Of a stretch of 64,000 nt of DNA, positions 9,081 to 19,323 are shown in pieces (within the stretch, counting starts at the first letter, position 1; each line of letters starts with the position of its first letter). The stretch is from Bacteroidota bacterium (GTDB lineage: Bacteria; Bacteroidota; Bacteroidia; Flavobacteriales; Flavobacteriaceae). Under the pieces are notes generated by a model. That model did no database searches. It was not told the DNA's origin and worked only from the letters and a program-made list of their open reading frames with translations. The position numbers were made by a program, and so were the translations under genes. The stretch lies in assembly GCA_046048915.1 (NCBI GenBank), contig JBJOFE010000001.1:50044-114043 (forward strand), read 5' to 3'.

Positions 9081-10553
9081 ATGGTCAAAAGCTATAAAAT
9101 ATCTATGCTTTCACTTCGTACTAGGATTTTCCTTTCGATGATTGTATTGATTATTATGGCTTCCATCATTTTGGCCTCTATTTCAATTATTCAGTTTAAA
9201 AACGAAGCTAGAGTCTATCATCAAGAACGTTTAGAACGGAAAGAAAATGAGGTTAAAGAACACATCAACTATGTGCTCTCAACGACCACTTATCCTTTGA
9301 CTACACAAAATTTGCCTTTGATTTTTAAAGATAAAATTCACGAACTGGCACAAATTCATGCGATCGAAATCAATATTTACAGCCAAGAAGGAATACTACT
9401 AAAATCCTCCAAAGAATCCTTTTCGGTTGATCAAGTAGCACCCCCTATTCCGAAGTACATTTTGAAACTCGTACGTTCTTCTATTGAAAAACGTTTCGTA
9501 GATATCAAAACCATTGACGGTATTAAAAATCGATCTTCGTACAGCCAAATCAAAGACGACAAATTCAAACCATTAGGGATCTTAAATCTCCCTTATGTAG
9601 AAGATGATGGTTTTTATGAAAAAGAGTTAAATGGATTTCTGATTCGCTTGGCCCAGGTTTATGCCTTTATGTTATTGGTTGCCTTTGGCTTGGCCTATTT
9701 TCTTTCGACTTATATCACGAAGTCGTTAAAGACAATTTCAGATAAATTAGGCGAAACCAGTTTGAATCAAAAGAACGAAAAAATTGGGGTAGAAGCCAGT
9801 AGTAAAGAAATCAATTTGTTGATCAAGTCGTATAATGCGATGGTTGACGAATTGGAAATCAGTGCAGTGAAATTAGCCCAAAGCGAACGTGAAGAAGCCT
9901 GGCGCGAAATGGCCAAACAAGTCGCCCACGAGATTAAAAATCCGCTAACGCCAATGCGTTTGACCGTACAAAGTTTCCAACGAAAATTTGAACCGAACGA
10001 TCCCGAAATCCAACAAAAGATGAAGGATTACTCCGAAACTTTAATTCAACAAATTGACACGATGAGTGCTGTGGCATCTGCCTTTTCGAACTTTGCTTCG
10101 ATGCCTGCCCAACAAAACGAAACGCTGAATGTAGTGGAAGTAGTGGAATTGGCTTTGGATATTTTCAACGAAGACTATTTGGTTTTTGAAAAAGAATCGG
10201 AAGAGATTATAGCAAAAATTGATCGTACCCAACTCATTCGAATCATTACCAATTTGGTCAAAAATGCCATACAAGCCATTCCGGATCAACAAGCAACTAA
10301 ATCTATTGTGGTTCGAGTGGAAAAAAATATAAAAATGGTTGTAATCACTGTTAAAGACAACGGAGTTGGTATTAAAGAAAATGATCAAAATCGAATTTTT
10401 GAACCTAAATTCACCACCAAAAATAGCGGGATGGGATTGGGTTTAAGTATCATCAAAAATATTATCGAAAATTACAAAGGAAGCATTACATTTGAAACAC
10501 AATATGGTCAAGGCACTTCTTTTACAGTGAGTTTGCCGATTTTAAATTCTTAA
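9081..10553 (+). CDS. Sensor histidine kinase (two-TM periplasmic loop, HAMP-like linker, HisKA, HATPase_c)
   Basis: 490-aa ORF with the H-box HEIKNPLTPM, an N-box NLVKNAIQA, and G-boxes DNGVGI and GMGLGL. No response regulator is adjacent. Confidence 0.88.
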   Translation: MVKSYKISMLSLRTRIFLSMIVLIIMASIILASISIIQFKNEARVYHQERLERKENEVKEHINYVLSTTTYPLTTQNLPLIFKDKIHELAQIHAIEINIYSQEGILLKSSKESFSVDQVAPPIPKYILKLVRSSIEKRFVDIKTIDGIKNRSSYSQIKDDKFKPLGILNLPYVEDDGFYEKELNGFLIRLAQVYAFMLLVAFGLAYFLSTYITKSLKTISDKLGETSLNQKNEKIGVEASSKEINLLIKSYNAMVDELEISAVKLAQSEREEAWREMAKQVAHEIKNPLTPMRLTVQSFQRKFEPNDPEIQQKMKDYSETLIQQIDTMSAVASAFSNFASMPAQQNETLNVVEVVELALDIFNEDYLVFEKESEEIIAKIDRTQLIRIITNLVKNAIQAIPDQQATKSIVVRVEKNIKMVVITVKDNGVGIKENDQNRIFEPKFTTKNSGMGLGLSIIKNIIENYKGSITFETQYGQGTSFTVSLPILNS

Positions 10554-10564
10554 AATATATTCCT

Positions 10565-11347
10565 ATGAACTATGAAAATCTATTGATTGCTATAGAAAAT
10601 AAAATAGCTTTGATTACTATAAATCGCCCTACAAAATTGAATGCCTTGAACAAGGCTACTCTTGACGAACTGCATTCCGTATTTAGCGATTTAGAAACTA
10701 ACGAAGCAGTTCAAGTTATTATCTTAACTGGTAGTGGTGAAAAAGCCTTTGTGGCAGGAGCCGATATTGCTGAATTTGCCGATTTCTCTGCTGCACAAGG
10801 TACGCAACTGGCTGCCGAAGGACACCAAAAAGTATTTGACCATATTGAAAATATGAAAAAACCAGTTATTGCTGCAGTTAATGGATTTGCCTTAGGAGGC
10901 GGATTGGAATTAGCTATGGCTTGTCATTTTAGAGTCGCCTCAGATAATGCAAAAATGGGTTTGCCTGAAGTCACTTTGGGATTGATTCCGGGTTATGGTG
11001 GTACACAACGATTGCCTCAACTGGTAGGAAAAGGCCGTGCTATGGAAATGATTTTATCTGCAACAATGATTACAGCAACAGAAGCTAAAGAATATGGCTT
11101 GATAAATCACGTAGTGCCTCAAACAGAACTAATTGAATTTTGCCAAGGCTTGGCTCAAAAAATAATTAAAAATGCTCCTATTGCCCTAACTGAAGCAATT
11201 ACTGCCATTAATTCGAGTTTTGACAAAACAAAAAATGGGTATGAAACAGAAATTAATGCCTTTGGTAGATTGTTTGGTACTGCTGACTTCAAAGAAGGAA
11301 CAACTGCCTTTTTAGAAAAAAGAAAAGCTAATTTTAGCGGAAAATAA
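10565..11347 (+). CDS. Enoyl-CoA hydratase / crotonase family protein
   Basis: 260-aa ORF with FVAGADI and NGFALGGGLELAMACH motifs. Confidence 0.9.
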   Translation: MNYENLLIAIENKIALITINRPTKLNALNKATLDELHSVFSDLETNEAVQVIILTGSGEKAFVAGADIAEFADFSAAQGTQLAAEGHQKVFDHIENMKKPVIAAVNGFALGGGLELAMACHFRVASDNAKMGLPEVTLGLIPGYGGTQRLPQLVGKGRAMEMILSATMITATEAKEYGLINHVVPQTELIEFCQGLAQKIIKNAPIALTEAITAINSSFDKTKNGYETEINAFGRLFGTADFKEGTTAFLEKRKANFSGK

Positions 11348-11368
11348 TTCAACTTTTAAACGAAACAA

Positions 11369-11773
11369 ATGTCTTTTCAACCTGAGTTTGCCCTTTTTTG
11401 GGAGAGTGTAAAAGAAAGTATGGCACAGTATACTTTTGCTAAATTAACCTTGGCAAAAACCATTGGTGATACTGAACTAAAAAACATTTATATGCGTCCT
11501 GTTTTAGTGGACGACCAAGTACGTATTTCTCTTATTGCACGTTATAAAACCGAAGAAGTAGAAAGTTTTCACACTTTAGAAGAAGCATTTTTTGTGCTTT
11601 CTTCTTATATGAACAATCCGTTTTTAACGGCTTTATTATTTACTACAGAGAACGATTTGACCTTCAAATTGAACAAAAAAAGAGTCGGAAGTATTGTAGG
11701 ACAAGCCCCTACTTTTAAAAGTGCTTCGGATGTGATTTTGGAAATGCAAGAAAAGCAAGTTTCAATTGACTAA
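11369..11773 (+). CDS. Hypothetical protein
   Basis: 134-aa ORF with normal coding composition and no motif I recognise. Confidence 0.5.
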   Translation: MSFQPEFALFWESVKESMAQYTFAKLTLAKTIGDTELKNIYMRPVLVDDQVRISLIARYKTEEVESFHTLEEAFFVLSSYMNNPFLTALLFTTENDLTFKLNKKRVGSIVGQAPTFKSASDVILEMQEKQVSID

Positions 11774-11776
11774 TCG

Positions 11777-12430
11777 TTATTTTTTGCCTTCCCATTCGGC
11801 ATAAAATTGTTTCAAAAAATCTTCCATATAACGGTGACGATCTTGGGCAATTTGTTTTCCAGTTTCAGTATTCATTTTGTCTTTCAACAACAATAATTTT
11901 TCATAAAAATGATTGATGGTGGGTGCCTCATTGTTCTTGTATTCATCTTTTGTCATAGACAAATTTGGAGCAATTTCAGGATTATACAATGCTCTATTTT
12001 TGAATCCTCCATAATTGAATGTTCTGGCAATACCAATAGCGCCAATGGCATCCAACCGATCGGCATCTTGAACAATATCTAACTCAATAGACGAAAATTG
12101 TCTCTCTACCTTTCCGCCTTTGAACGAAATATTTTCAATAATTGCAATTACGTGATCGATTATAGTGGGCTCCACCTTTTCTGATTCTAAAAAAGTGCGT
12201 GCGGTTTTAGGACCAATCGATTCATCGCCATCATGAAATTTACTATCCGCAATATCGTGAAGCAAAGCACCCAATTGTACTATTTCCAAATCACACTTTT
12301 CTGATGTGGCAATCAATAACGCATTTTTATACACGCGTTCAATATGAAACCAGTCGTGTCCACCTTCAGCTTGAGCTAAAGTGGCTTTTACAAAAAGAAT
12401 TGTTTTATCAATCAGGTTATTGGTATTCAT
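11777..12430 (-). CDS. HD-domain phosphohydrolase
   Basis: 217-aa ORF with the GGHDWFHIERV ... LLHDIAD HD signature. Confidence 0.85.
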   Translation of the reverse strand: MNTNNLIDKTILFVKATLAQAEGGHDWFHIERVYKNALLIATSEKCDLEIVQLGALLHDIADSKFHDGDESIGPKTARTFLESEKVEPTIIDHVIAIIENISFKGGKVERQFSSIELDIVQDADRLDAIGAIGIARTFNYGGFKNRALYNPEIAPNLSMTKDEYKNNEAPTINHFYEKLLLLKDKMNTETGKQIAQDRHRYMEDFLKQFYAEWEGKK

Positions 12431-12444
12431 TATAAAACGATTTT

Positions 12445-12477
12445 ATAAAAAAAGCTGAATTGCAATAATTCAGCTTT
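12445..12477 (-). terminator. Rho-independent terminator after the desaturase gene
   Basis: aaagctgaatt / aattcagcttt form an 11-bp stem with a 5-nt loop, followed on the minus strand by a T-run. Confidence 0.7.
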
Positions 12478-12503
12478 AAATTTTATTTAAAAATACTACA
12501 TTT

Positions 12504-13490
12504 TTACAAAGTAGCAGGCTCTACCCATTTAAAGATATACGACTCTTGTGGAATCACTAATCGTTCTGAAATTTTAGCCATTCTCGCTGGTAATTTCATC
12601 AAATAATCACGTGCTTTTTCAGCTTCGTCAGTCAATCCGGAAATTTTATCAATTTGCCATTTGTCAATTAACTTCTGCATGATTTCAACATAATCGTTAG
12701 CCGTATACACTCCAATTCGTTGTGCCGAATCAGAGAAATTTTCAAAGGCAGAACTAATTTGTTGTCCTGATTCTCTCAAGAAATGCGCCGGCATAACGAT
12801 TTTTTGTTTCATCATGTATTGAAACGCCAACATCATTTCGCTTGGATCTACTTGGAAAATTCGGTTCACAAATTCGCTATACGCATGGTGGTGACGCATC
12901 TCATCTCCAGCAATCATTTTACACATTTTAGACAATTTATTGTCGCCGTGTTTTTTGGCAATTTGTGATACTCTATTGTGTGAAACATAAGTAGCTAACT
13001 CTTGAAAACTTGTATACACAAAGTTTTTATACGGGTCTCTTCCAGTACCAATGTCAAATCCATCATTGATTAAATGTTGGGTTGTAATTTCAACCTCACG
13101 CATGTTCACACGACCCGACAAATACAAGTATTTGTTTAACATGTCACCATGGCGATTTTCTTCTCCTGTCCATTGACGAATCCAGCTTGACCAACCGTTT
13201 CTTTCTAAATTGTCGATTCCTTCTACTTCCATTAACCAAGACTCGTAAGTAGGCAAAGCCTCCTCGGTAATGGTGTCTCCTACCATAGCAACCCAAAAAT
13301 CATACGGTAAATCTTTAGCAATTTCTCTAAGTTCTTTTACTTCTTCAAAAAAGTTTTCACTTTGTGAATTAGGCAAAAAATCGGTTGGTTGCCAAATGCT
13401 TTCCACTGGAATTAAGTACTGTTCTACGAAGCTGTCCACGTTTTTTTCTAAAAACTGCATCACTTCTAAACGAATGTTTTTAATTGACAT
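12504..13490 (-). CDS. Soluble acyl-ACP desaturase (di-iron, stearoyl-ACP desaturase family)
   Basis: 328-aa ORF with the two di-iron motifs EENRHG and DEMRHH. Confidence 0.88.
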   Translation of the reverse strand: MSIKNIRLEVMQFLEKNVDSFVEQYLIPVESIWQPTDFLPNSQSENFFEEVKELREIAKDLPYDFWVAMVGDTITEEALPTYESWLMEVEGIDNLERNGWSSWIRQWTGEENRHGDMLNKYLYLSGRVNMREVEITTQHLINDGFDIGTGRDPYKNFVYTSFQELATYVSHNRVSQIAKKHGDNKLSKMCKMIAGDEMRHHHAYSEFVNRIFQVDPSEMMLAFQYMMKQKIVMPAHFLRESGQQISSAFENFSDSAQRIGVYTANDYVEIMQKLIDKWQIDKISGLTDEAEKARDYLMKLPARMAKISERLVIPQESYIFKWVEPATL

Positions 13491-13502
13491 TTTTATATAT
13501 TA

Positions 13503-14237
13503 TTAAATTTGTATTCCTTGTACTATAGCGCTTTCCGCTTTTTCAATTATTTCTTCAAATGAATACTCGCTCACTTGTAAAGGCGAGTGAATTGTGAATT
13601 TGAGGCGATTACCTAACCCCATTGGGAAAGCTCCAAATCGAACCATCTTCCATGAATTGTTGATGGTAATTGGGACCACATAAGCAGAAGGGGCGTACTT
13701 ACATAATATTTTCAATCCGCTTTGCGCGAACGGTTTTGGTTGTCCGGTTTTGCTTCGGGTTCCTTCAGGAAAAATTACAGCTGAACGGGTATTGTTTTCT
13801 ATATATTCAGATAAACCTTTGATTAAAGGAATGGCCTGTTTAGGATCTTTTCTGTCAATTAATACTGATCCCCCATGATTCAAATTATAGGAAACGCTTG
13901 GAATTCCTTTACCCAATTCTTTCTTGCTTACGAACTTACAATGATAATCTCTCAGGTACCAAATAATTGCAACGATGTCATATAAACTTTGATGGTTGGC
14001 CACAAAAATTACTGGAACATTTTTTGGAATAAATTCCGTATTTTCAAACTGATAACTCGTTCCTAAAAGATTCGTGCAACGCACCAAAAAAAAGTTCAAA
14101 TAATCTACACTTTTTTTATGTGCTTGGTAACCAAAAACATTGAAACATATCCATTGAATCGGATGAAAAACAACCAAAAAAAGTCCAAAACACAAATAGT
14201 AAATAATGGAAAGTGGATACGAAATTAGTTTTTGCAT
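13503..14237 (-). CDS. plsC: 1-acyl-sn-glycerol-3-phosphate acyltransferase
   Basis: 244-aa ORF with an N-terminal TM segment, the HX4D motif NHQSLYD, and FPEGTRS. Confidence 0.85.
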   Translation of the reverse strand: MQKLISYPLSIIYYLCFGLFLVVFHPIQWICFNVFGYQAHKKSVDYLNFFLVRCTNLLGTSYQFENTEFIPKNVPVIFVANHQSLYDIVAIIWYLRDYHCKFVSKKELGKGIPSVSYNLNHGGSVLIDRKDPKQAIPLIKGLSEYIENNTRSAVIFPEGTRSKTGQPKPFAQSGLKILCKYAPSAYVVPITINNSWKMVRFGAFPMGLGNRLKFTIHSPLQVSEYSFEEIIEKAESAIVQGIQI

Positions 14238-14362
14238 GCATGAAAAATGAATTACAAAAATACGAAATTAATTTTTAGGGCTATTTAAATCCTCAATAAT
14301 AACGCCTATAAAGGGTTTAATTGTACCTTTGATGTCTAAAATTAGTGGTATTTTTATCTGAA

Positions 14363-14758
14363 ATGAACTTCAATTATCCAAAAAACGAAAAACTAAAAAG
14401 CAAGATTACTATCGGATTGTTATTTTCTGAAGGAAAATCTGTCTCGAAATATCCCTTGCGATTGGTTTATCATTCGGGGACATTGGGAGATGATCAACCG
14501 CTAAAAGTGGGGGTTTCGGTTTCTAAAAAATACTTTAAAAAAGCCGTTGATCGCAATTATTTCAAACGAGTTTTACGCGAAACCTACCGTCTCAATCAAC
14601 ATTTACTTAAGGACCATCTAAGCCAGCCGTATGCGTTAATGCTTTTTTACCAAAGTAAAGACCGCTTAACTTTTGAAGAAATCAATACCAAAACCATTCA
14701 ATTGTTTGAAAAATTTTTAGCTCAAATAAATGCTGTTTCAAAGGAAGACAAAAAGTAA
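14363..14758 (+). CDS. rnpA: Ribonuclease P protein component
   Basis: Small basic protein with RnpA-like KLKSK...F..GKS......L and NYFKRVLRE segments. I prefer the ATG at 14363 to the GTG at 14345 used in the ORF track. Confidence 0.7.
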   Translation: MNFNYPKNEKLKSKITIGLLFSEGKSVSKYPLRLVYHSGTLGDDQPLKVGVSVSKKYFKKAVDRNYFKRVLRETYRLNQHLLKDHLSQPYALMLFYQSKDRLTFEEINTKTIQLFEKFLAQINAVSKEDKK

Positions 14759-14773
14759 ACTATTGAAAATGTA

Positions 14774-15595
14774 ATGAAAAAGCTACTCAAAATAGTATTT
14801 TTACTACTGTTCCTAAGCGGATTTGCACAAGAAAAAATCACGCAAAATGTGTATTTTGACTTTGATGTAGACCTGCTTAAAGTGTCTCAAAAAGACCTGC
14901 TTTGTAACTTTTTTCAAAAAATAGATAGCAGCCGAATTCAATCCGTTCGTGTTTTTGGGTATTGTGATGATCGTGGATCAGCTACTTACAATTTCAATTT
15001 ATCGGACAGAAGGGTGAGTGCAGTTGAAAAAATCATACTTAACTTGGGATTGAATCCCAAGAAACTTATTGCTTTAGAAGGCAGAGGAAGGGTTTTGGTC
15101 AACAAAGATACAGTGCCTAACCTTGATCAAACACGAACTAAAAACCGTCGAGTAGAAATTGTAGTAGAACAATTAAGTCCTTCAAAATTTTTCATGGGAA
15201 TTCCCCACTTGTTTTCTGATTTTCAATTACCACACCAAAAAGGAGATCGAATCTATTTAGAGAATGTTCGCTTTGGCATTGGAAGTAGTTATTTGGATTT
15301 AAAATCTCGAACTATATTAGATAAAATGGTCTTGTTTTTAAAGGCCAACCCGTATATAGAATTTGAAATTCAAGGCCATGTTTGTTGTACTCCAAAATAC
15401 TTTTCTGATGCAATTGACAAAGACACTAAAGAGAGGAAATTGTCATACAACCGAGCCAAAGCAGTGTATCGCTATTTAGTAATGCGAAAAATCAATCCGT
15501 CGCGAATGACCTTCAAAGGATATGGCAATCAGTTTCCAATGGGAAAAGCAACTGAGTTAGACCGAAGAGTTGAACTAGTAATTACCAAATGTTAG
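14774..15595 (+). CDS. OmpA-family protein with a signal peptide and two OmpA_C-like domains
   Basis: 273-aa ORF with NLSDRRVSAVEK...NRRVEI and LSYNRAKAVYRYL...DRRVEL motifs. Confidence 0.82.
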   Translation: MKKLLKIVFLLLFLSGFAQEKITQNVYFDFDVDLLKVSQKDLLCNFFQKIDSSRIQSVRVFGYCDDRGSATYNFNLSDRRVSAVEKIILNLGLNPKKLIALEGRGRVLVNKDTVPNLDQTRTKNRRVEIVVEQLSPSKFFMGIPHLFSDFQLPHQKGDRIYLENVRFGIGSSYLDLKSRTILDKMVLFLKANPYIEFEIQGHVCCTPKYFSDAIDKDTKERKLSYNRAKAVYRYLVMRKINPSRMTFKGYGNQFPMGKATELDRRVELVITKC

Positions 15596-16041
15596 TGACT
15601 TTTCTCCATTTGAATGTGTGGAATGTCATCTTCTAAATACATTTCGCTGGTTTGTACAAATCCATGGCTTTCGTAGAATTTTTTGAGATACAATTGTGCA
15701 CCAATCGTGATTTCAGTTTCTCCAAAATGTTCCAAAACTCCTGCAATAGCTTGACGCATTAATTCGTGTCCCCATTTTTTTTCTCTATGTTTTGCCTCTA
15801 CAGTTACACGACCAATTGAAGCATGAACAAAAGAAATTCCGGGTTTAAATAGACGTGCGTGTGCTACAATGTTCCCTTCAAATGTGCCAAAAAGATGCAG
15901 CGCTTTCTGGTCTTTGCCATCCAAATCTAGATATACACAATTTTGCTCCACTACAAAAATTTCGCTTCGTAAACGAAGAATGTCGTACAACTCATTTACA
16001 GAAAGGGATTCAAAAGATTTAATTGTCCATTCTAATGCCAT
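15592..16041 (-). CDS. GNAT-family N-acetyltransferase (ElaA-like)
   Basis: 149-aa ORF with an LRSEIFVVEQNC start and an acetyl-CoA-binding region (REKKWGHELM). Confidence 0.8.
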   Translation of the reverse strand: MALEWTIKSFESLSVNELYDILRLRSEIFVVEQNCVYLDLDGKDQKALHLFGTFEGNIVAHARLFKPGISFVHASIGRVTVEAKHREKKWGHELMRQAIAGVLEHFGETEITIGAQLYLKKFYESHGFVQTSEMYLEDDIPHIQMEKSH

Positions 16042-16046
16042 GAAGT

Positions 16047-17042
16047 TTATTTTTTATTTGGGGTAAATGTATTGTTTTTATGCAAATGAACCGAATGCAT
16101 AATAGCTACTAACTCATGCATTACGTCTCTCTTTTCTTTGGAAGGCGAATAACAAAATCCTTCCAATACTACTAACCGTTTATTAATAGAATCTACAATC
16201 GTATAATTGACATATGGTCCAGACATATAATCGTTTTGCAGGCGCCAAGTTCCTCTGGTTTCGTATGCAAGGTGATGGTCCAACTTCGATTTGAAAAAAT
16301 ACGGAGTATATCCTGTCTCGCTAATCATAAAATTATTAGGTTCTGTCCCATGAATGTATTTCCCAATAGAATCTCTCATTGAAAGAATAGATGTCGCAAC
16401 GTTTGTATTTGATATGGCATTCAATGGTACTTGATATACTAACAAACTGCTACTTCCACTAATTATATTTTTCTTCAACCAAACAAAATTGGGTTTTTGC
16501 ATTACCTTTTCAAAGTGGGAAGGAACTTGAATGCTAAGCTGAAATTGTTTCTTGAACGACGAGGTGGGTATCAGGGATTTTTTATGAATTCGTTGGCTCT
16601 CTGTTATTTCAACTTGCTCTATACGGCGAATAATTTCAGGCGTATGTGCATCTAATAATTGCAAAATCTCAACAGCTGTTTTCCCTGTAATATGAAATAC
16701 ATTTTGAGGAGTCGCATACTGATTTTCCTTGATTTCGTATTTATTTTCGGCGGCTTTTTTAACTACTAAAATAGCGCGGCTATCTGTAGCAAAACCTTCC
16801 AATAATTTAACTGGGTATTGATTGATAGTCAATAGGGGCTCTTCTTCAGGCAATCCAATTACAGGTGAAGCAAATTTGTTTCGAATGCTGTCGCCAATTT
16901 CTCCATTCCATAATTGATCGTCAATAATTACGGAAATTGTATTGATCTTCCCATTTGCTTTTCGAGCTAAATCAGTCTCTTTCTTGATACAAGAAACTAG
17001 AAAAAGCGATAGCAACAGGCATAAAAAATGGGATTTATTCAT
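16047..17042 (-). CDS. Lipoprotein, DUF4837-like
   Basis: 331-aa ORF with a lipobox (LFLVSC). The family assignment is from memory of similar Flavobacteriia proteins. Confidence 0.55.
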   Translation of the reverse strand: MNKSHFLCLLLSLFLVSCIKKETDLARKANGKINTISVIIDDQLWNGEIGDSIRNKFASPVIGLPEEEPLLTINQYPVKLLEGFATDSRAILVVKKAAENKYEIKENQYATPQNVFHITGKTAVEILQLLDAHTPEIIRRIEQVEITESQRIHKKSLIPTSSFKKQFQLSIQVPSHFEKVMQKPNFVWLKKNIISGSSSLLVYQVPLNAISNTNVATSILSMRDSIGKYIHGTEPNNFMISETGYTPYFFKSKLDHHLAYETRGTWRLQNDYMSGPYVNYTIVDSINKRLVVLEGFCYSPSKEKRDVMHELVAIMHSVHLHKNNTFTPNKK

Positions 17043-17091
17043 GATTCAAAACAATAGTAAACACGACCAAAATTTATTATGACACATTCTA

Positions 17092-19065
17092 TTATCCGTT
17101 GATTCTCAACTTCATTCCGGGTTTTAATTCGTCATCTTTGATATTGTTCCATTTCTTTAAATCAGAAATGGTCACGCCAGGATATTTTTTTGAAATACTG
17201 TACAAAGAATCTCCTTTTTTTACATAGTATTCAGCTTCTTTATTGGCAGTGCTTGGAAATTGTTCTTTCTTTTTAAAACTAGCTACTGTGGCTTTATTGG
17301 TATCGATAACAATTTCGTTTTTTGCAACAATCAAACTATTTCCAATAGCAATTGCATTAGAATTTAATTTATTCCATTGTTTTAAGTCTTCTATACTAGT
17401 TCCGAATTTTTTAGCAATACTCCCTAAATTATCGCCTTTTTGAACACTATAGGCAATATCTTTTCTTTCTACTGATTCTGATACTACTTCTTTATTAATT
17501 GGATTTTTCACTACTTGAAGTGAAGTGCCTAAATGAACATTCGAATTAGTTAGCTTATTCCATTCTTTGATATCGGCTAAAGTAATGTTGAATTTTTTAG
17601 CAATAGCGCTTAGATTGTCTCCTTTTTGAACGATGTAAAACGTTGGGGTTGCTAAACTGTCTTTATGTACTCCTTTAATGTCTGTTTCTACTTTGGCTAC
17701 AGCTGTCTCCTTTTGATCAGATTCAACTCCGTTAATTTTTAAATTCTTCCCGTAGGCCACTTTATTCCCTCTGATGTTATTCCATTTTTTAATATCATCA
17801 ACTGCCACATCGTATTTTTGAGCTATTGTACTTAAATTATCTCCACGCTTAACACGGTAATAACGAACTTTTGCTTGCGCCAATTTTTGAAATGTATTTA
17901 CAGAGTCTTGAGATACAATTGGTCGTACAATTTGAAATGGCTTTTCGCGCAAATTAGCTTCTTTATCTACGTAGGCATATATCTTGGATTCATTAGATGT
18001 AAAAATTGCTATTTTATCTTGTGGTAATCTCAAAAAATGGCTTTGTTCTTTGTAAGCTGGAACAATATTTAATTTATAAGAAGGGTTCAAAATCTGCAAC
18101 TGAGCTACGGGAATATCAATCAAGTCTGATATTTGTTTGAAAGACATTTGTCTTTTAATCATTATCGTATCAGTAGCAAAATGTTTAATTGGCGCTTTTT
18201 CGGGCACTATTCCATGTTCTTTATGGTATTCGTAAATATACATGGTAGCTAGAAAAGCAGGGAGATAGCCTTGTGTTTCTTTAGGTAAATTTTTACGTAT
18301 GTTCCAATAATTTTGTTGCCCGCCAGAACGACGAATAGCTTTCGCCACATTTCCAGGACCAGAATTATACGATGCCAAAACCAAGTCCCAATCACCAAAA
18401 ATAGCATACATGTTTTTCATGTATTGAGCTGCTGCTTCACTAGCTTTTAAGGGATCGCTACGTTCATCGACATACGAATCAATTTTTAAACCGTACTGTT
18501 TTCCTGTTTGGTACATGAACTGCCAAAGACCTGTTGCGCCAACTCTAGAAACCGCTTTTGGATTTAAAGCCGACTCAACAACAGCTAAATATTTAATTTC
18601 AAGAGGAACATTTTGTTTGTCAAATGCCTCTTCAAACAATGGGAAATAATATTCTGAAACAGCCATTAAACGTTCAAAAGAGCGCTTTCTGTTTTTAAGA
18701 AACGACTTGATAATGTTTTCTAAACCTTGATTGTATTCGATATGAAAGGGCGACTTATCATCCATTTGCTGTAGTCTTGCCTTTAGCAATTCTGTAGGCA
18801 ATTCATAATCTACCTGATCATCCATATTGATATTTTGAATATCATCGGATAGGCTATTGAAGATGTCTAAATTGGACAATTCCTTTAACCATAAACTATC
18901 TACACAGGCAGCCAAATCATCTTTGACAAATGTTTTTTTGATAGAATCTAAATAGGTCAGTTTAATATCTGGTTTTACAGGGGTAGTTTTCTCTACTGTT
19001 TCCTGCGCAAATAGCGAGAAAGATAGAAGGAGAAAAAAAGGAAGTATAAGGCGTTTTATATTCAT
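17092..19065 (-). CDS. Membrane-bound lytic murein transglycosylase (SLT domain) with four C-terminal LysM domains
   Basis: It has the ESALNP...GLWQFMYQTG SLT motifs and four YxVKKGD(N/S)L..IAKK LysM repeats. I prefer the start at MNIKRLIL (19065), which gives a signal peptide. Confidence 0.88.
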   Translation of the reverse strand: MNIKRLILPFFLLLSFSLFAQETVEKTTPVKPDIKLTYLDSIKKTFVKDDLAACVDSLWLKELSNLDIFNSLSDDIQNINMDDQVDYELPTELLKARLQQMDDKSPFHIEYNQGLENIIKSFLKNRKRSFERLMAVSEYYFPLFEEAFDKQNVPLEIKYLAVVESALNPKAVSRVGATGLWQFMYQTGKQYGLKIDSYVDERSDPLKASEAAAQYMKNMYAIFGDWDLVLASYNSGPGNVAKAIRRSGGQQNYWNIRKNLPKETQGYLPAFLATMYIYEYHKEHGIVPEKAPIKHFATDTIMIKRQMSFKQISDLIDIPVAQLQILNPSYKLNIVPAYKEQSHFLRLPQDKIAIFTSNESKIYAYVDKEANLREKPFQIVRPIVSQDSVNTFQKLAQAKVRYYRVKRGDNLSTIAQKYDVAVDDIKKWNNIRGNKVAYGKNLKINGVESDQKETAVAKVETDIKGVHKDSLATPTFYIVQKGDNLSAIAKKFNITLADIKEWNKLTNSNVHLGTSLQVVKNPINKEVVSESVERKDIAYSVQKGDNLGSIAKKFGTSIEDLKQWNKLNSNAIAIGNSLIVAKNEIVIDTNKATVASFKKKEQFPSTANKEAEYYVKKGDSLYSISKKYPGVTISDLKKWNNIKDDELKPGMKLRING

Positions 19066-19232
19066 AGTTGATGTAATCAAGGAGCTATATTCCAAACGAT
19101 TATACAATCGTTTTTTACAAACTTACTAGGTTCAAACTGAAAAATTACTTAAATATTGTTAAAAAATCAGTTTTGAGGGCGTTTTTGGGGTTTTTTGATT
19201 GTTTTTTGTAAAAAAAGTCAGCGCTTCAGGCT

Positions 19233-19275
19233 AAAAAAGAAAACCTCAGCTCAAAATTATTTCGCTAAGGTTTTC
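19233..19275 (-). terminator. Rho-independent terminator after pgk
   Basis: gaaaacct (19239-19246) pairs with aggttttc (19268-19275), with extra inner pairs. On the minus strand a T6 run follows. Confidence 0.65.
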
Positions 19276-19323
19276 TATTAAATAGGTTCAAGTTCAATTA
19301 ACTTGATTATGATTTCAGATTGC

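Noticed and set aside
11369-11773. Suspicion that the 134-aa ORF is a truncated fragment of a larger gene, since it ends 3 nt before the convergent HD gene
   Set aside because: I could not recognise any family or find the missing part in other frames, so there is not enough evidence to call a pseudogene. It stays as a hypothetical CDS.
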